A DNA stretch of 55,015 nt. It comes from a virus. Lineage: Duplodnaviria; Caudoviricetes. The stretch is from IMG/VR virus record IMGVR_UViG_3300023179_000134, positions 1 through 55,015 of that record. One strand, 5' to 3'. The position numbers were made by a program, and so were the translations under genes. The notes beneath the pieces were generated by a model that saw only the letters and a program-made list of their open reading frames with translations, made no database searches and had not been told where the DNA came from. Of the stretch, positions 43,247 to 53,008 are shown piece by piece. Numbering within the stretch: the first letter of the stretch is position 1; each line of letters starts with the position of its first letter.

Positions 43247-46200
43247 ATGGCAAAATATATTTTTAGACTTAACACAGGTAAAGGGCAGCCATATGTTCCG
43301 CCAGTACTGCCTTCTCCAACCCCTACTGAGACTGTAACACCAACAGTAACACCTACTATTACTGGAACATCTAATGTTGCGCAGTCACCCACACCTACAA
43401 CTACTGCAACACCAACAAAGACACCGACACCTTCAACTACTTCTACGAATACGCCAACCCCTAGCGTTACCATTACAGCTACACCAACATTAAGCATAAC
43501 CCCTTCAGCCTCTGTAACACCGACAACAACTACCACGTCGACAAATACCCCAACACCTACTACTTCACCTACAACAACAGAAATCAGTACACAAACACCA
43601 ACAATCACCCCTACTAATACTTTAACGCCTAGTTCTACTGTAACATCTACTGCAACATTAACGCCTACACCTTCAGTTACTGAAACAGTAACACCTACTA
43701 CTACACCCACCGAAACACCGACTTCTACAGTAACACCTACTACTACACCTACTGAAACACCGACTTCTACAGTAACACCTACTACTACACCTACTGAAAC
43801 ACCTACTCCGACAGAAACACCTACACCTACAGAGACTATAACACCGACAACTACAACAACAGTTACAATTACCCCCACAAGCACTAATAATCCCACGCCT
43901 ACCCCTACAGAAACACCTACAAATACACCTTCATCTACTGAAACATCTACACCTACTCCTACAGTAACGCCGACGATCACCCCTACTACTTCTGAAACAT
44001 CTACACCTACTCCTACAATAACACCATCTGAGACAGCTACAGTAACACCGTCAGTCACAGAAACACCTACTTTAACTGTTACACCTTCTATTACAGAAAC
44101 GTTAACCCCTACTAATACCCCCACATGTACTTTAACAGTAACACCCACAGAAACTGTAACACCGACGCCGACATCCACAGAGACGCCTACTCCTACCGTA
44201 ACACCAACAGCTACAGTTACCGTAACGCCTACAAGAACATCAGCTGAAACGCCTACTCCTACTGAAACAGTAACTTCTACACCGACTACAACATCAACCG
44301 TAACACCAACCGTGACACCAACAGTTACTGAGACTGCTACTCCAACTACTACAGAAACGCCTACACCTACCGTAACCACGTCTATTACAGAAACACCTAC
44401 TTCGACAGAAACCCCGACTCTCACTCCTACGGTTACACCTACAGTTACTAAAACTTTAACGCCAACCGCTACTTCTACAGAAACCCCCACAAACACACCT
44501 ACCTCTACACCGACAATAACACCTTCAAATACAATCGATTTAACTGCTACACCAACAACAACTTCTACACCGACCAAAACAGCTACGCCAACGCAGACAA
44601 CGACTGTAACACCTACTACTACCGTAACACCTACTACTACAGAAACGCCCACGGAAACACCTACCGTAACACCTACTATTACACAGACATCAACAGTGAC
44701 CCCTACTCCTACAGTTACCGTAACGCCTACAAGAACATCAGCTGAAACGCCTACTCCTACTGAAACAGTTACATCTACTCCTACTGTAACCCCCACTAAT
44801 ACTTCTACGGTAACACCTACTCCTACTGTAACTGAAACAGCAACACCAACCGTAACGCCTACAAGGACATCAGCTGAAACGCCTACTCCTACTGAAACAG
44901 TAACTTCTACTCCTACTGTAACGCCTACACCTACTGAAACTGTAACTTCGACACCAACCATAACACCTTCTGCAACGCCTTCTGTAACACCTACAAGAAC
45001 ATCAGTAGAGACACCTACACCTACTGAAACTGTAACTTCGACACCAACCATAACACCTTCTGCAACGCCTTCTGTAACGCCGACGAAAACATCAGCAGAG
45101 ACACCTACGCCTACCGTAACTGTAACTTCGACACCGACTACAACATCAACTACAACACCAACCGTAACACCAACCGTAACGCCTTCTAGAACATCAGCAG
45201 AGACACCTACACCGACACAGACAGTTACATCTACTCCGACGTTAACGCCTACTGTAACACCTACTGTAACGCCTTCTAGAACATCAGCAGAGACACCTAC
45301 ACCGACACAGACAGTTACATCTACTCCGACTACAACATCAACTACAACACCAACCGTAACGCCTACAAGAACATCAGCAGAGACACCTACACCGACACAG
45401 ACAGTTACATCTACTCCGACGTTAACGCCTACTGTAACACCTACTGTAACGTTAACACCTACTATAACACCTTCAATAACCTCTACTTCTAGACCTCTAA
45501 GCCTATGTGTTTCTGGTGCAGGCTTTACTGCCGTAAATGATAATTACAGCTTTAATTCATTAACTAATAGATGGGAATCTAGTTCAGGGACGTACAGATT
45601 ATATAGAATCGGAGGAAGCCAGTGGGTTATTCAATTACTTAGCGGTACCGCTATCTATTATCAAAATAGTAATACTAGCAGCATACCCCCGTCAACCGGT
45701 TGGACGGTAGGTACAAGCGGAACTGCTCCTGCACCCACAGTAGCACAAGAAATTTGTGCATCACCTACACCAACGCAGTCACCAACAGTTACATCTACGC
45801 CTACTATAACACCTACAGTTACACCTAGCGGTACTGCAGCATCGACACCTACACCAACACAGTCACCTACTATTACGCCTAGTGTAACCATAACATCTAC
45901 ATCTACGCCAACGCAAACACCCACACTGTTTGCATTAGCTGCTTTTGACGAAATTCAAAATTATATAACTGCTACGCCTAGCCCTACAGTTACATCTTCT
46001 CCTACAGTGACACCTAGCACTACAATTACCGCTTCGCCTTCACCAACAGTAACACCCTCCGTTACACCTTCTGTTACTGTAACACCTTCTGTTACTAATA
46101 CACCATCTATAACACCAACATTTACACCGACAAGAACTCTTACACCTACAATAACACCTTCTCAAACAAGAACACCAACACCAACAGATACACCGATAAA

Positions 46201-46531
46201 CGGATCGTATTGGACAACTAGTATTGTAACCGGTACCGGGGCAGGCAATATTTTATCGTTATGCACCGGTGAAGCCGGTATTAACCTTGTAATGACTACG
46301 GGAGCTCAGTTCCAAACTAACTGCGTAAGCGATGGCTCAGGTGATTTTGATTCAACATTAATACGCGTAAATGGTGTTGATTACGCAAATATAAGCTGGA
46401 ATAACAGATCTACAACAAACAGCTTATTTAGGTTTAGAATAAACTCTTCAAGCCCTTGGTATTATTGTTATTACAAGAGAGGACCAGGATTCCCAAATAT
46501 AGTTAATTTCCCTCAAGATAATCTTACTTAA
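43247..46531 (+). CDS. Mucin-like protein with a very long Thr/Pro/Ser stalk and small Cys-containing globular domains
   Basis: About 725 consecutive aa of TPT/TETP/PTVT repeats. Translationally coupled to the upstream gene. Confidence 0.8.
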   Translation: MAKYIFRLNTGKGQPYVPPVLPSPTPTETVTPTVTPTITGTSNVAQSPTPTTTATPTKTPTPSTTSTNTPTPSVTITATPTLSITPSASVTPTTTTTSTNTPTPTTSPTTTEISTQTPTITPTNTLTPSSTVTSTATLTPTPSVTETVTPTTTPTETPTSTVTPTTTPTETPTSTVTPTTTPTETPTPTETPTPTETITPTTTTTVTITPTSTNNPTPTPTETPTNTPSSTETSTPTPTVTPTITPTTSETSTPTPTITPSETATVTPSVTETPTLTVTPSITETLTPTNTPTCTLTVTPTETVTPTPTSTETPTPTVTPTATVTVTPTRTSAETPTPTETVTSTPTTTSTVTPTVTPTVTETATPTTTETPTPTVTTSITETPTSTETPTLTPTVTPTVTKTLTPTATSTETPTNTPTSTPTITPSNTIDLTATPTTTSTPTKTATPTQTTTVTPTTTVTPTTTETPTETPTVTPTITQTSTVTPTPTVTVTPTRTSAETPTPTETVTSTPTVTPTNTSTVTPTPTVTETATPTVTPTRTSAETPTPTETVTSTPTVTPTPTETVTSTPTITPSATPSVTPTRTSVETPTPTETVTSTPTITPSATPSVTPTKTSAETPTPTVTVTSTPTTTSTTTPTVTPTVTPSRTSAETPTPTQTVTSTPTLTPTVTPTVTPSRTSAETPTPTQTVTSTPTTTSTTTPTVTPTRTSAETPTPTQTVTSTPTLTPTVTPTVTLTPTITPSITSTSRPLSLCVSGAGFTAVNDNYSFNSLTNRWESSSGTYRLYRIGGSQWVIQLLSGTAIYYQNSNTSSIPPSTGWTVGTSGTAPAPTVAQEICASPTPTQSPTVTSTPTITPTVTPSGTAASTPTPTQSPTITPSVTITSTSTPTQTPTLFALAAFDEIQNYITATPSPTVTSSPTVTPSTTITASPSPTVTPSVTPSVTVTPSVTNTPSITPTFTPTRTLTPTITPSQTRTPTPTDTPINGSYWTTSIVTGTGAGNILSLCTGEAGINLVMTTGAQFQTNCVSDGSGDFDSTLIRVNGVDYANISWNNRSTTNSLFRFRINSSSPWYYCYYKRGPGFPNIVNFPQDNLT
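43310..45490 (+). repeat. Low-complexity coding repeat (acacctac-rich) with internal higher-order duplications
   Basis: 36-bp units near 43686-43800. Recurrent [13 protein letters not shown](E/Q)TVTSTPT blocks from about 44220 to 45450. Confidence 0.9.
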
Positions 46532-46567
46532 ATCTAAGGATAATGTTCAAAATTAATAAATAATATT

Positions 46568-49500
46568 ATGGCTGGTAATGCAAGATTTCATAATAAATGG
46601 CATAGAAGAAATCATCACTCTTCACCATCAATAAATTACCCCGATTCAGCTACAGACCCTATAGCTTCTGCTGCAGAACCGTTTCAGGGTGAAATGGTTA
46701 TAAATGGTTATTTAAGCGCACATGGTGACGCTTTTATTGACGGTGATACGACAATTCAAGGCAATCTCTCTGTATATGGTGATTTATCTTATTTTGACAC
46801 ATATGTTTCCGTTACAAGCTCTCTAAGCGTTGTTAATACAGGACCTGGCCCTGCAGTGGTTGTCGAGCAATACGGTAATGAGCCTATAGCAAGATTTTTA
46901 GACCCAACCAATACAAGCGGTGGAACGAGGTATGCTTTTTCTATTGAAAATGACGGTTACATCGTTGCAAACGGTACTACCCCTGCTTTAAAATTTGATC
47001 AACAAAGTCAATCAGTACAAAAACAATTAGTTACAGTAAACGGAAATATTTACTCTAATAGAAGTGTTGTGTGGGAAACTCCTATGGCTAATACAGTCTA
47101 TGTCAGCACTACTGGATCAGATTTAAATAGCGGTTTAAATCCTTCACAAAAGGTAAAAACGATTAAAAAAGCCGCAAAAGTTGTTTTTGATACATATGGC
47201 CCTAATAAAGCAACCATTATTGTTGAGGCGGGAGATTATACAGAGAACAATCCAATTTATATTCCCGCAGGTACATCAATGATTGGTGAAGGGTTTTTAA
47301 GACGAGTAAATATTAGACCCTATAACAGACAACTTGACATACTATGGCTTAATAATGGATGCTACATCTGGGGGTTTACTTTCAGGGATCATCTTGACCC
47401 GAGCTCTGCTACTGCATTTCCTAATCTTTTGTCCGGAACGCCAGCTTATAAAGTTGCGTTTCAAACTCCAGGTTATGAAATTGATGTTACTCGTCCAGGA
47501 GGACCGTTTGGATTTCCTATAGTATCTAAACCGTATATTACAACCAGTCCCTACACACAGGGCTGTTCTTCTATTAATAGATTTTTGTATGTACCAATAC
47601 AACCCGATCTTTATAATAGCGGGTTTGTCTCAGGATCACAATCTTTTAATTACGCTTTAACAAATGGAGCGCTAACTACCGCCTATATTTTAAGCTCTTT
47701 TAATAACATTACAAGTATTATTGAATCCGGTTCAGCTGTTGCTCCTGCGCAAGTTAATTTTCCCGTGCCTACAGGAGCAGCTGCAGCAGTATCTCTTATT
47801 AATCTTAATAAAACAGCTATTCAACAAGGTACAGTAAATTATGTTAATGATAAATACCCAACTTTTATTTATAATCAAAGCAAATGTTTTAGAGATGTAG
47901 GGTTTATTCTAGATGCTATTACTTACGACTTGACTTACGGTACAAATTTAAGCTCTGTCTCTGCTGGTTTGTTTTATTATGCCGGTAATACTAGCTTAAT
48001 TGCAGGCCAAGAAAAACAGACAATAGATGCAATTAATTATGCAAACTTTTTAGTAAATTATGTTATTGCAAATTCAGCGGTACCTATTTACCATCAACAG
48101 TTTAATACCAGTTATACACTCGCTTCTACTCTTACTTCATACGTAACTATTTGCACGAATACGATTAATAATATTATTCGTAATGGTATAGGCACTCTCC
48201 CAGCACCAACTTATTGGACGCCTAGCGCTCTCGCTGCAGCTGAAGCTAATGATTTACTTAATATTAATAAACCGTTTATTGGTAAGACTGTAATTAATTT
48301 TGTTGACAAAAATTTTCCTGGGTTTGCTTATAATAGAACAAAATGTGAAAGAGATACAGGGTTTATTATAAACGCAATAGTAGGAGATTTAACTAACGGT
48401 AATAATTTAAGTTCTATTTATGCAGGTAGTCAATATTATTCAGGCTCAACAAGCTTAATTAAAGGTCAGGAAATTCCCACTATAGCTGCAATTCGGTATA
48501 TAGACTTTTTATCGAGAAATATTCTAACTAATACTATTGCAATTACCTCTCAATCATTTAACCCTTATCTCTCATCCGGAAAATTTTCAATATTAGATAT
48601 TGATAGATCAATAGATACTATTAACAAAATTATCATAACACAAGATATACCTGCTCCTGTTTATGATATGGACCAATATTATAATCTATCTCTTACTAAC
48701 GGTGGTAACACATCAGCGTTCTTACTAAGCACTTACGATACTATTGTCGGTGTAATAAGCTCAGGCCCTGCAGGCGCACCACCAATTATAGCTACACCCG
48801 CACCTGCTGGAGCATCTTCAGCAATAGCTTTATTATCTAATAATAGAACTTATATTCAAGAGCAGACGATAAATTATATAAATCAACAGTTCCCTACACT
48901 ACGCTATAACGAATCAAAATGCTTTAGAGACGCAGGATACATGGTCGATGCTGCAATTTCAGACTTAACTAACAATACTAATGCTAGTGCAGTTAACACC
49001 GGGCTATTTTATTGGCTTGGGACAAGCAGTGTAATTAAAGGTCAACAATATCAAACAATTTCTGCTATAGAGTATCTTAATAGCATGACTCAAGATGTAG
49101 TTACTAATACCCTTATTGATGCAAAAAGTAACGCTGTATGGTTACTTTCAGCTAACCGTACATTTATACAAAAAGAAGTTATACAGTATATGGATAAAAC
49201 TTATCCTACTTTTGTTTACAATAAAGATAAATGTGAACGCGATGTGGGTTACATTGTTGATGCTGTAATTCATGATATTACATATAGCACTAATGCAAGT
49301 GCGGTAAGTACGGGGGTATTTTATGTAGGCGGAGCAATTGCAGGTCAAGAAGTGCAGACTGTAGCTGCTATTAATTATGCAAGATATTTAATGAAAGACA
49401 TTGTACAAAATATTCCTGCAAGAAATATAGATGCAGGTTGCGGTATTAGAGTAGATGGTGAGCTTGCATTAGGATTTTTAAGAAGCTTTGTAACAGATTC

Positions 49501-50335
49501 ATTTACTCAATTTAATCAAGGCGGTAAGGGCATTCACGTTATTAATTGCGGATATGCGCAGCTAGTAAGTACCTTTACAATTTGTACAACAGAAGGCGTA
49601 ATGTGTGAAACAGGAGGTAATTGTAGTATCAGCACCTCCAACTGCTCGTTTGGCTTGTCAGGGTTAGTAGCAACTGGTAAATCTAAATTTCCTGTACTAA
49701 CTGGCTATCAATACATAACTACACCTCTTGCAGAAAACTTTTTAATAGTTCAAGATGTAACTCCTAGACCGTTATCTGCATTTGTACAAGCTTTACAAGC
49801 TGGAAGCGAGCTAGAAGGTATTCCTGTTGAAGAACCGTACAATGGATTACTTGTAAATGTTGATGACGACCCTGCTAGCGATTATGATATACTACTTAAC
49901 CCAGATGGTCTAACAAAATATCATGGTATTAAAGCGGTAAGTGCGCTTAGTACGCCTTACCCGCCATTTACATACAGATTAACACTTGAAAGAAATGTTC
50001 AGGCTCCTCTTACCGCCTCACAAACTAACCCAAAATATGTAGAGTTTTATCTTAGATCGCAAATTGCTTCAAGTTCTCACGCTTTTGAATATATAGGCAC
50101 AGGAATAGAACTTGAAAAATCAGTCCCTGCTTTAGGTGGTAAGGTTAATAATGATAATGAAGCCGTATATTCAGATAATGGAATAGTGTATTATTCAAGT
50201 ACTAACGAAAGAGGCGACTTTAAAGTAGGCGGTGGATTTACAATTAAGCAAGAGAAAGGAACAGTTGAAGGTGTTGACTTTAATAAGTCAATTCTTGCGC
50301 TAGTAACACCTTTAATATTGAGTCTAGATAGCTAA
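46568..50335 (+). CDS. Large tail fibre/appendage protein with a beta-helix-like region and four internal repeats
   Basis: VYVSTTGSDLNSG...KTIKKA...IIVEAGDYTE; four Y-N-x-x-K-C-x-R-D-x-G repeats; YSSTNERGDFKVG near the C-terminus. Confidence 0.65.
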   Translation: MAGNARFHNKWHRRNHHSSPSINYPDSATDPIASAAEPFQGEMVINGYLSAHGDAFIDGDTTIQGNLSVYGDLSYFDTYVSVTSSLSVVNTGPGPAVVVEQYGNEPIARFLDPTNTSGGTRYAFSIENDGYIVANGTTPALKFDQQSQSVQKQLVTVNGNIYSNRSVVWETPMANTVYVSTTGSDLNSGLNPSQKVKTIKKAAKVVFDTYGPNKATIIVEAGDYTENNPIYIPAGTSMIGEGFLRRVNIRPYNRQLDILWLNNGCYIWGFTFRDHLDPSSATAFPNLLSGTPAYKVAFQTPGYEIDVTRPGGPFGFPIVSKPYITTSPYTQGCSSINRFLYVPIQPDLYNSGFVSGSQSFNYALTNGALTTAYILSSFNNITSIIESGSAVAPAQVNFPVPTGAAAAVSLINLNKTAIQQGTVNYVNDKYPTFIYNQSKCFRDVGFILDAITYDLTYGTNLSSVSAGLFYYAGNTSLIAGQEKQTIDAINYANFLVNYVIANSAVPIYHQQFNTSYTLASTLTSYVTICTNTINNIIRNGIGTLPAPTYWTPSALAAAEANDLLNINKPFIGKTVINFVDKNFPGFAYNRTKCERDTGFIINAIVGDLTNGNNLSSIYAGSQYYSGSTSLIKGQEIPTIAAIRYIDFLSRNILTNTIAITSQSFNPYLSSGKFSILDIDRSIDTINKIIITQDIPAPVYDMDQYYNLSLTNGGNTSAFLLSTYDTIVGVISSGPAGAPPIIATPAPAGASSAIALLSNNRTYIQEQTINYINQQFPTLRYNESKCFRDAGYMVDAAISDLTNNTNASAVNTGLFYWLGTSSVIKGQQYQTISAIEYLNSMTQDVVTNTLIDAKSNAVWLLSANRTFIQKEVIQYMDKTYPTFVYNKDKCERDVGYIVDAVIHDITYSTNASAVSTGVFYVGGAIAGQEVQTVAAINYARYLMKDIVQNIPARNIDAGCGIRVDGELALGFLRSFVTDSFTQFNQGGKGIHVINCGYAQLVSTFTICTTEGVMCETGGNCSISTSNCSFGLSGLVATGKSKFPVLTGYQYITTPLAENFLIVQDVTPRPLSAFVQALQAGSELEGIPVEEPYNGLLVNVDDDPASDYDILLNPDGLTKYHGIKAVSALSTPYPPFTYRLTLERNVQAPLTASQTNPKYVEFYLRSQIASSSHAFEYIGTGIELEKSVPALGGKVNNDNEAVYSDNGIVYYSSTNERGDFKVGGGFTIKQEKGTVEGVDFNKSILALVTPLILSLDS

Positions 50336-50352
50336 AAGGATTAAATAATAAT

Positions 50353-50715
50353 ATGGCCGATATACCTTTAAATCATTTTGTTAGACAAGCTTTTACTTTA
50401 ACAAGCACTCCTAGCGCTTATTATATTGCACCGTTTGATAGGGCCGGTATTATATTAGGGTTATACGCCTCTAATACTACATCAACAGATACTAGTATTA
50501 CTGTTTCTATATCAGGTGTGGGCGGAGTATTTGTTCCTGTAAGACCGAAAGTCGATTTTATTAAAAACGTACTAGTTGCAGGAGGAGATACAACAAACCT
50601 AGCGCCAGCAAGAATAGTTCTTGAAGAATATGATGCTTTAATTGCATCTTGCTCCAATCCCGGTGCTATTACGTTAAATGTATCTATACTAGAAACAATT
50701 AACACGGTGGAGTAA
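50353..50715 (+). CDS. Small virion/tail-fibre-associated protein
   Basis: TAAATA-N5-ATG; beta-rich; ends IVLEEYDAL...NVSILET. Confidence 0.55.
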   Translation: MADIPLNHFVRQAFTLTSTPSAYYIAPFDRAGIILGLYASNTTSTDTSITVSISGVGGVFVPVRPKVDFIKNVLVAGGDTTNLAPARIVLEEYDALIASCSNPGAITLNVSILETINTVE

Positions 50716-50719
50716 AAAT

Positions 50720-51613
50720 ATGGCTGATTCTATATCAACCATAACTGGAAAAGTAAAATTAAGAACGCCTACACAAGCAGAAGCCTTGTCATCGCGTTAT
50801 ACTTTTTTAAATCTACAAAATGCCGAGCCTAATTTAGGAATACCTACACCCCCAGGTGTTTTAAATGAATATCCTGGCGACCCAGGTATAAGATATGCAT
50901 TGCTTTCAAATAATATAAATGGGCTATCTAGTTGGAGAGTGTGGTCGTACGATAATCCAAAAATAGCAGCCCATAGTGTTGAAAATTCTATTGCATTAGG
51001 TAATAATTCAAACCCCGTAAATACCAACTCACTTGTTTATAGTAATTATACATATTCACAAAATAACATCTATAATAGTCAGTCTTTCAGTGACTATTCT
51101 TTTAACGTATTTGCTATTAGTGGAATATATCTTTTTGACGCAACTACTATCGGTGATCCATTAAGCGCAACAGCTTTTATAGTTACTGAAGATGGGTTAG
51201 TAGGTATTGGAACAGAAAACCCTACTGCACCGCTTACTGTACAAGGAAATATAAGTGCCAATGGTAGTTTCTTTTTAACCGACAATGCAAATCTTGGCAA
51301 TACTAAAAACGACATACATACTCTAAGAGGCACTGTACGTTTTGCAGATAGTTTTAGCGCCCCATTATTATTTGGCAATAATAACACTGGGTATGATGTA
51401 AACCTCTATCGTACTGCAGCTAATATATTACGAACTGATGATTCATTTGTATGTAGTAGTGTTAGCGCTGTTAATGCATTAACAGGCGCAGAGATAACGC
51501 TTACAAACTCACCGACTGTAAGCAGCACTGTAGTATCATTAACTGCATCTGAAGAGTTTTTAGCAATAAATATAAATGGTAAAAAAAGAGCTATAAGATT
51601 ATGGGATTATTAA
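50720..51613 (+). CDS. Tail fibre-associated protein
   Basis: RYTFLNLQNAEPNLG and a VGIGTENPTAPLTVQGNISA fibre-type motif. Confidence 0.6.
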   Translation: MADSISTITGKVKLRTPTQAEALSSRYTFLNLQNAEPNLGIPTPPGVLNEYPGDPGIRYALLSNNINGLSSWRVWSYDNPKIAAHSVENSIALGNNSNPVNTNSLVYSNYTYSQNNIYNSQSFSDYSFNVFAISGIYLFDATTIGDPLSATAFIVTEDGLVGIGTENPTAPLTVQGNISANGSFFLTDNANLGNTKNDIHTLRGTVRFADSFSAPLLFGNNNTGYDVNLYRTAANILRTDDSFVCSSVSAVNALTGAEITLTNSPTVSSTVVSLTASEEFLAININGKKRAIRLWDY

Positions 51614-51614
51614 T

Positions 51615-52133
51615 ATGAGCGAATTTATTAAACAACAACAAATATTTTCAGATGTTAATTTAAAAAACCTTACTTCAGATATTTATGTAGATGGCACAGA
51701 CAAATACATTGTAATCAACATTAATGGTATACAGAGCCTAGTAAAATATATACCACCGACGCCTACCCCCACAGTAACACCTACAAAAACACCTACTCCC
51801 ACGCCAACACCGACAATAACGCCCTCCATAACACCATCGTTTACACCTTCGCCAACACCTACTATGCCATTTCAGTTTTTAGTAAGCTCTACTAACCCTG
51901 TGTATGTAACATCATCTGTAGTACCTCCTGGTGTTTATACAAAAACATACAGCGGGACGATGTATTTTTATTCAGGTTATCTAGTAACATATTACGTTAT
52001 GCATAATGGAACTAATTGGGTTATAGCGGACGATAGCTATGTTCCAAATATTTACGACACTAACCCTTCAGCAACAAATCCAAATTATGTGCCTAGAACT
52101 GGTTGGACAAACGGTACTATAATTACAGCATAA
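51615..52133 (+). CDS. Small virion protein with a Thr/Pro linker
   Basis: [16 protein letters not shown] linker between two short domains. Confidence 0.6.
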   Translation: MSEFIKQQQIFSDVNLKNLTSDIYVDGTDKYIVININGIQSLVKYIPPTPTPTVTPTKTPTPTPTPTITPSITPSFTPSPTPTMPFQFLVSSTNPVYVTSSVVPPGVYTKTYSGTMYFYSGYLVTYYVMHNGTNWVIADDSYVPNIYDTNPSATNPNYVPRTGWTNGTIITA

Positions 52134-52138
52134 AATCA

Positions 52139-52538
52139 TGGAGCTGGAGGGATTTGAACCCTCGTCTTGAAGAGTTTCATTTATAAGCCCTACAGGTTTA
52201 TCTTAATTTAAAGTTCATAATACTATAACTAAGAAAATTGTATTATATATGGTAATTTTATACGCCTGATACTAACTACCAGAACATTTCAGGTCAGGAA
52301 CTTGTAACACGCTTTACCTTACCAGCTCCAATCTACAGTAAAACGATCGAGTTAAACTAACTCGAGTTCGGCTTCAGAATCTACAAAGCCATGCTGAGCA
52401 AGGATTGCATCAGCCTCTTCTAGACTCATAGCCATGTCGAAGTTATCTTCGGCATTTAATAGTTTTGCTATTTTATACTGGACTGCCCCAGTACTTGCTC
52501 TCATAAACCACACTATTCAATCGAATCCAATCAGCCCC
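52139..52538 (-). ncRNA. ssrA: tmRNA
   Basis: 5' GGGGCTGATTGGATTCGA and 3' GAGGGTTCAAATCCCTCCAGCTCCA. Acceptor stem has G3-U. Internal tag ORF follows ATTAAAT. 400 nt; CCA not encoded. Confidence 0.92.
52352..52453 (-). other. tmRNA tag reading frame AEDNFDMAMSLEEADAILAQHGFVDSEAELELV*
   Basis: Resume codon GCC directly after TAAAT; 33 codons then TAA. Confidence 0.7.
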
Positions 52539-52551
52539 ATGTCAAAGAACA

Positions 52552-52625
52552 TAGCGGGGGTTGGATTTGAACCAACGATCTCCTGGTTATGAGCCAGACG
52601 AGTTACCAGACTTCTCTACCCCGCG
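52552..52625 (-). tRNA. tRNA-Met(CAT), initiator (fMet) type
   Basis: CGCGGGGTAGAGAAGTCTGGTAACTCGTCTGGCTCATAACCAGGAGATCGTTGGTTCAAATCCAACCCCCGCTA. C1:U72 mismatch, A11-U24, CAT anticodon, no encoded CCA. Confidence 0.93.
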
Positions 52626-52630
52626 ATAAA

Positions 52631-52667
52631 TATTTAATAGTATATATACTAGCACTATATTATTCAA
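52631..52667 (-). promoter_or_regulatory. Tandem promoters for tRNA-tmRNA: sigma70-like plus late TAAATA
   Basis: TTGAAT-N17-TATACT (52667-52639), and TAAATA (52636-52631) 5 nt before tRNA base 1. Confidence 0.6.
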
Positions 52668-52681
52668 GCTTAAATAATTTT

Positions 52682-53008
52682 ATGTTTATAAAAAAGAAAT
52701 CCTTCGTATTTAAGACTTTATCACCTATTAAAACAGTAAAAGAAAATGACAAATTTGTCAAGGATATTGCTAACCTTTTAGATATGAACATTATTTCCGG
52801 CCCACATAGTCAATATATATCTGATAAAGGTAACGAAGGTGTATCCTCAGTAACAATAATTAAAACTAGTCACATATGCGTACATTCATGGGATAGAGTT
52901 TCACCCGGTCTTATTCACTTAGATATCTTCTCTTGTAAAAATTTTAGTGTTAGTAAGATAAAATCATTTTTAAAAAAGAGATTTGAAATAGTCGGTAAAT
53001 TTAAATGA
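52682..53008 (+). CDS. speD: S-adenosylmethionine decarboxylase-like (pyruvoyl-dependent) proenzyme
   Basis: GVSSVTIIKTSHICVHSW...HLDIFSCK. Start reassigned to ATG 52682 (TAAATA-N5). Confidence 0.75.
   Translation: MFIKKKSFVFKTLSPIKTVKENDKFVKDIANLLDMNIISGPHSQYISDKGNEGVSSVTIIKTSHICVHSWDRVSPGLIHLDIFSCKNFSVSKIKSFLKKRFEIVGKFK

Noticed and set aside
43237-45051. 604-aa minus-strand Val/Gly ORF (also 28958-29419, 29070-29483 and 45661-45924)
   Set aside because: These are antisense shadows of Thr/Pro codons (ACN/CCN read as VGV), which lack stops by construction. They have no promoter motif.
52589-52681. N-terminal extension of the SpeD-like ORF
   Set aside because: It overlaps the tRNA and its promoters. 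ATG 52682 has the TAAATA-N5 signature.
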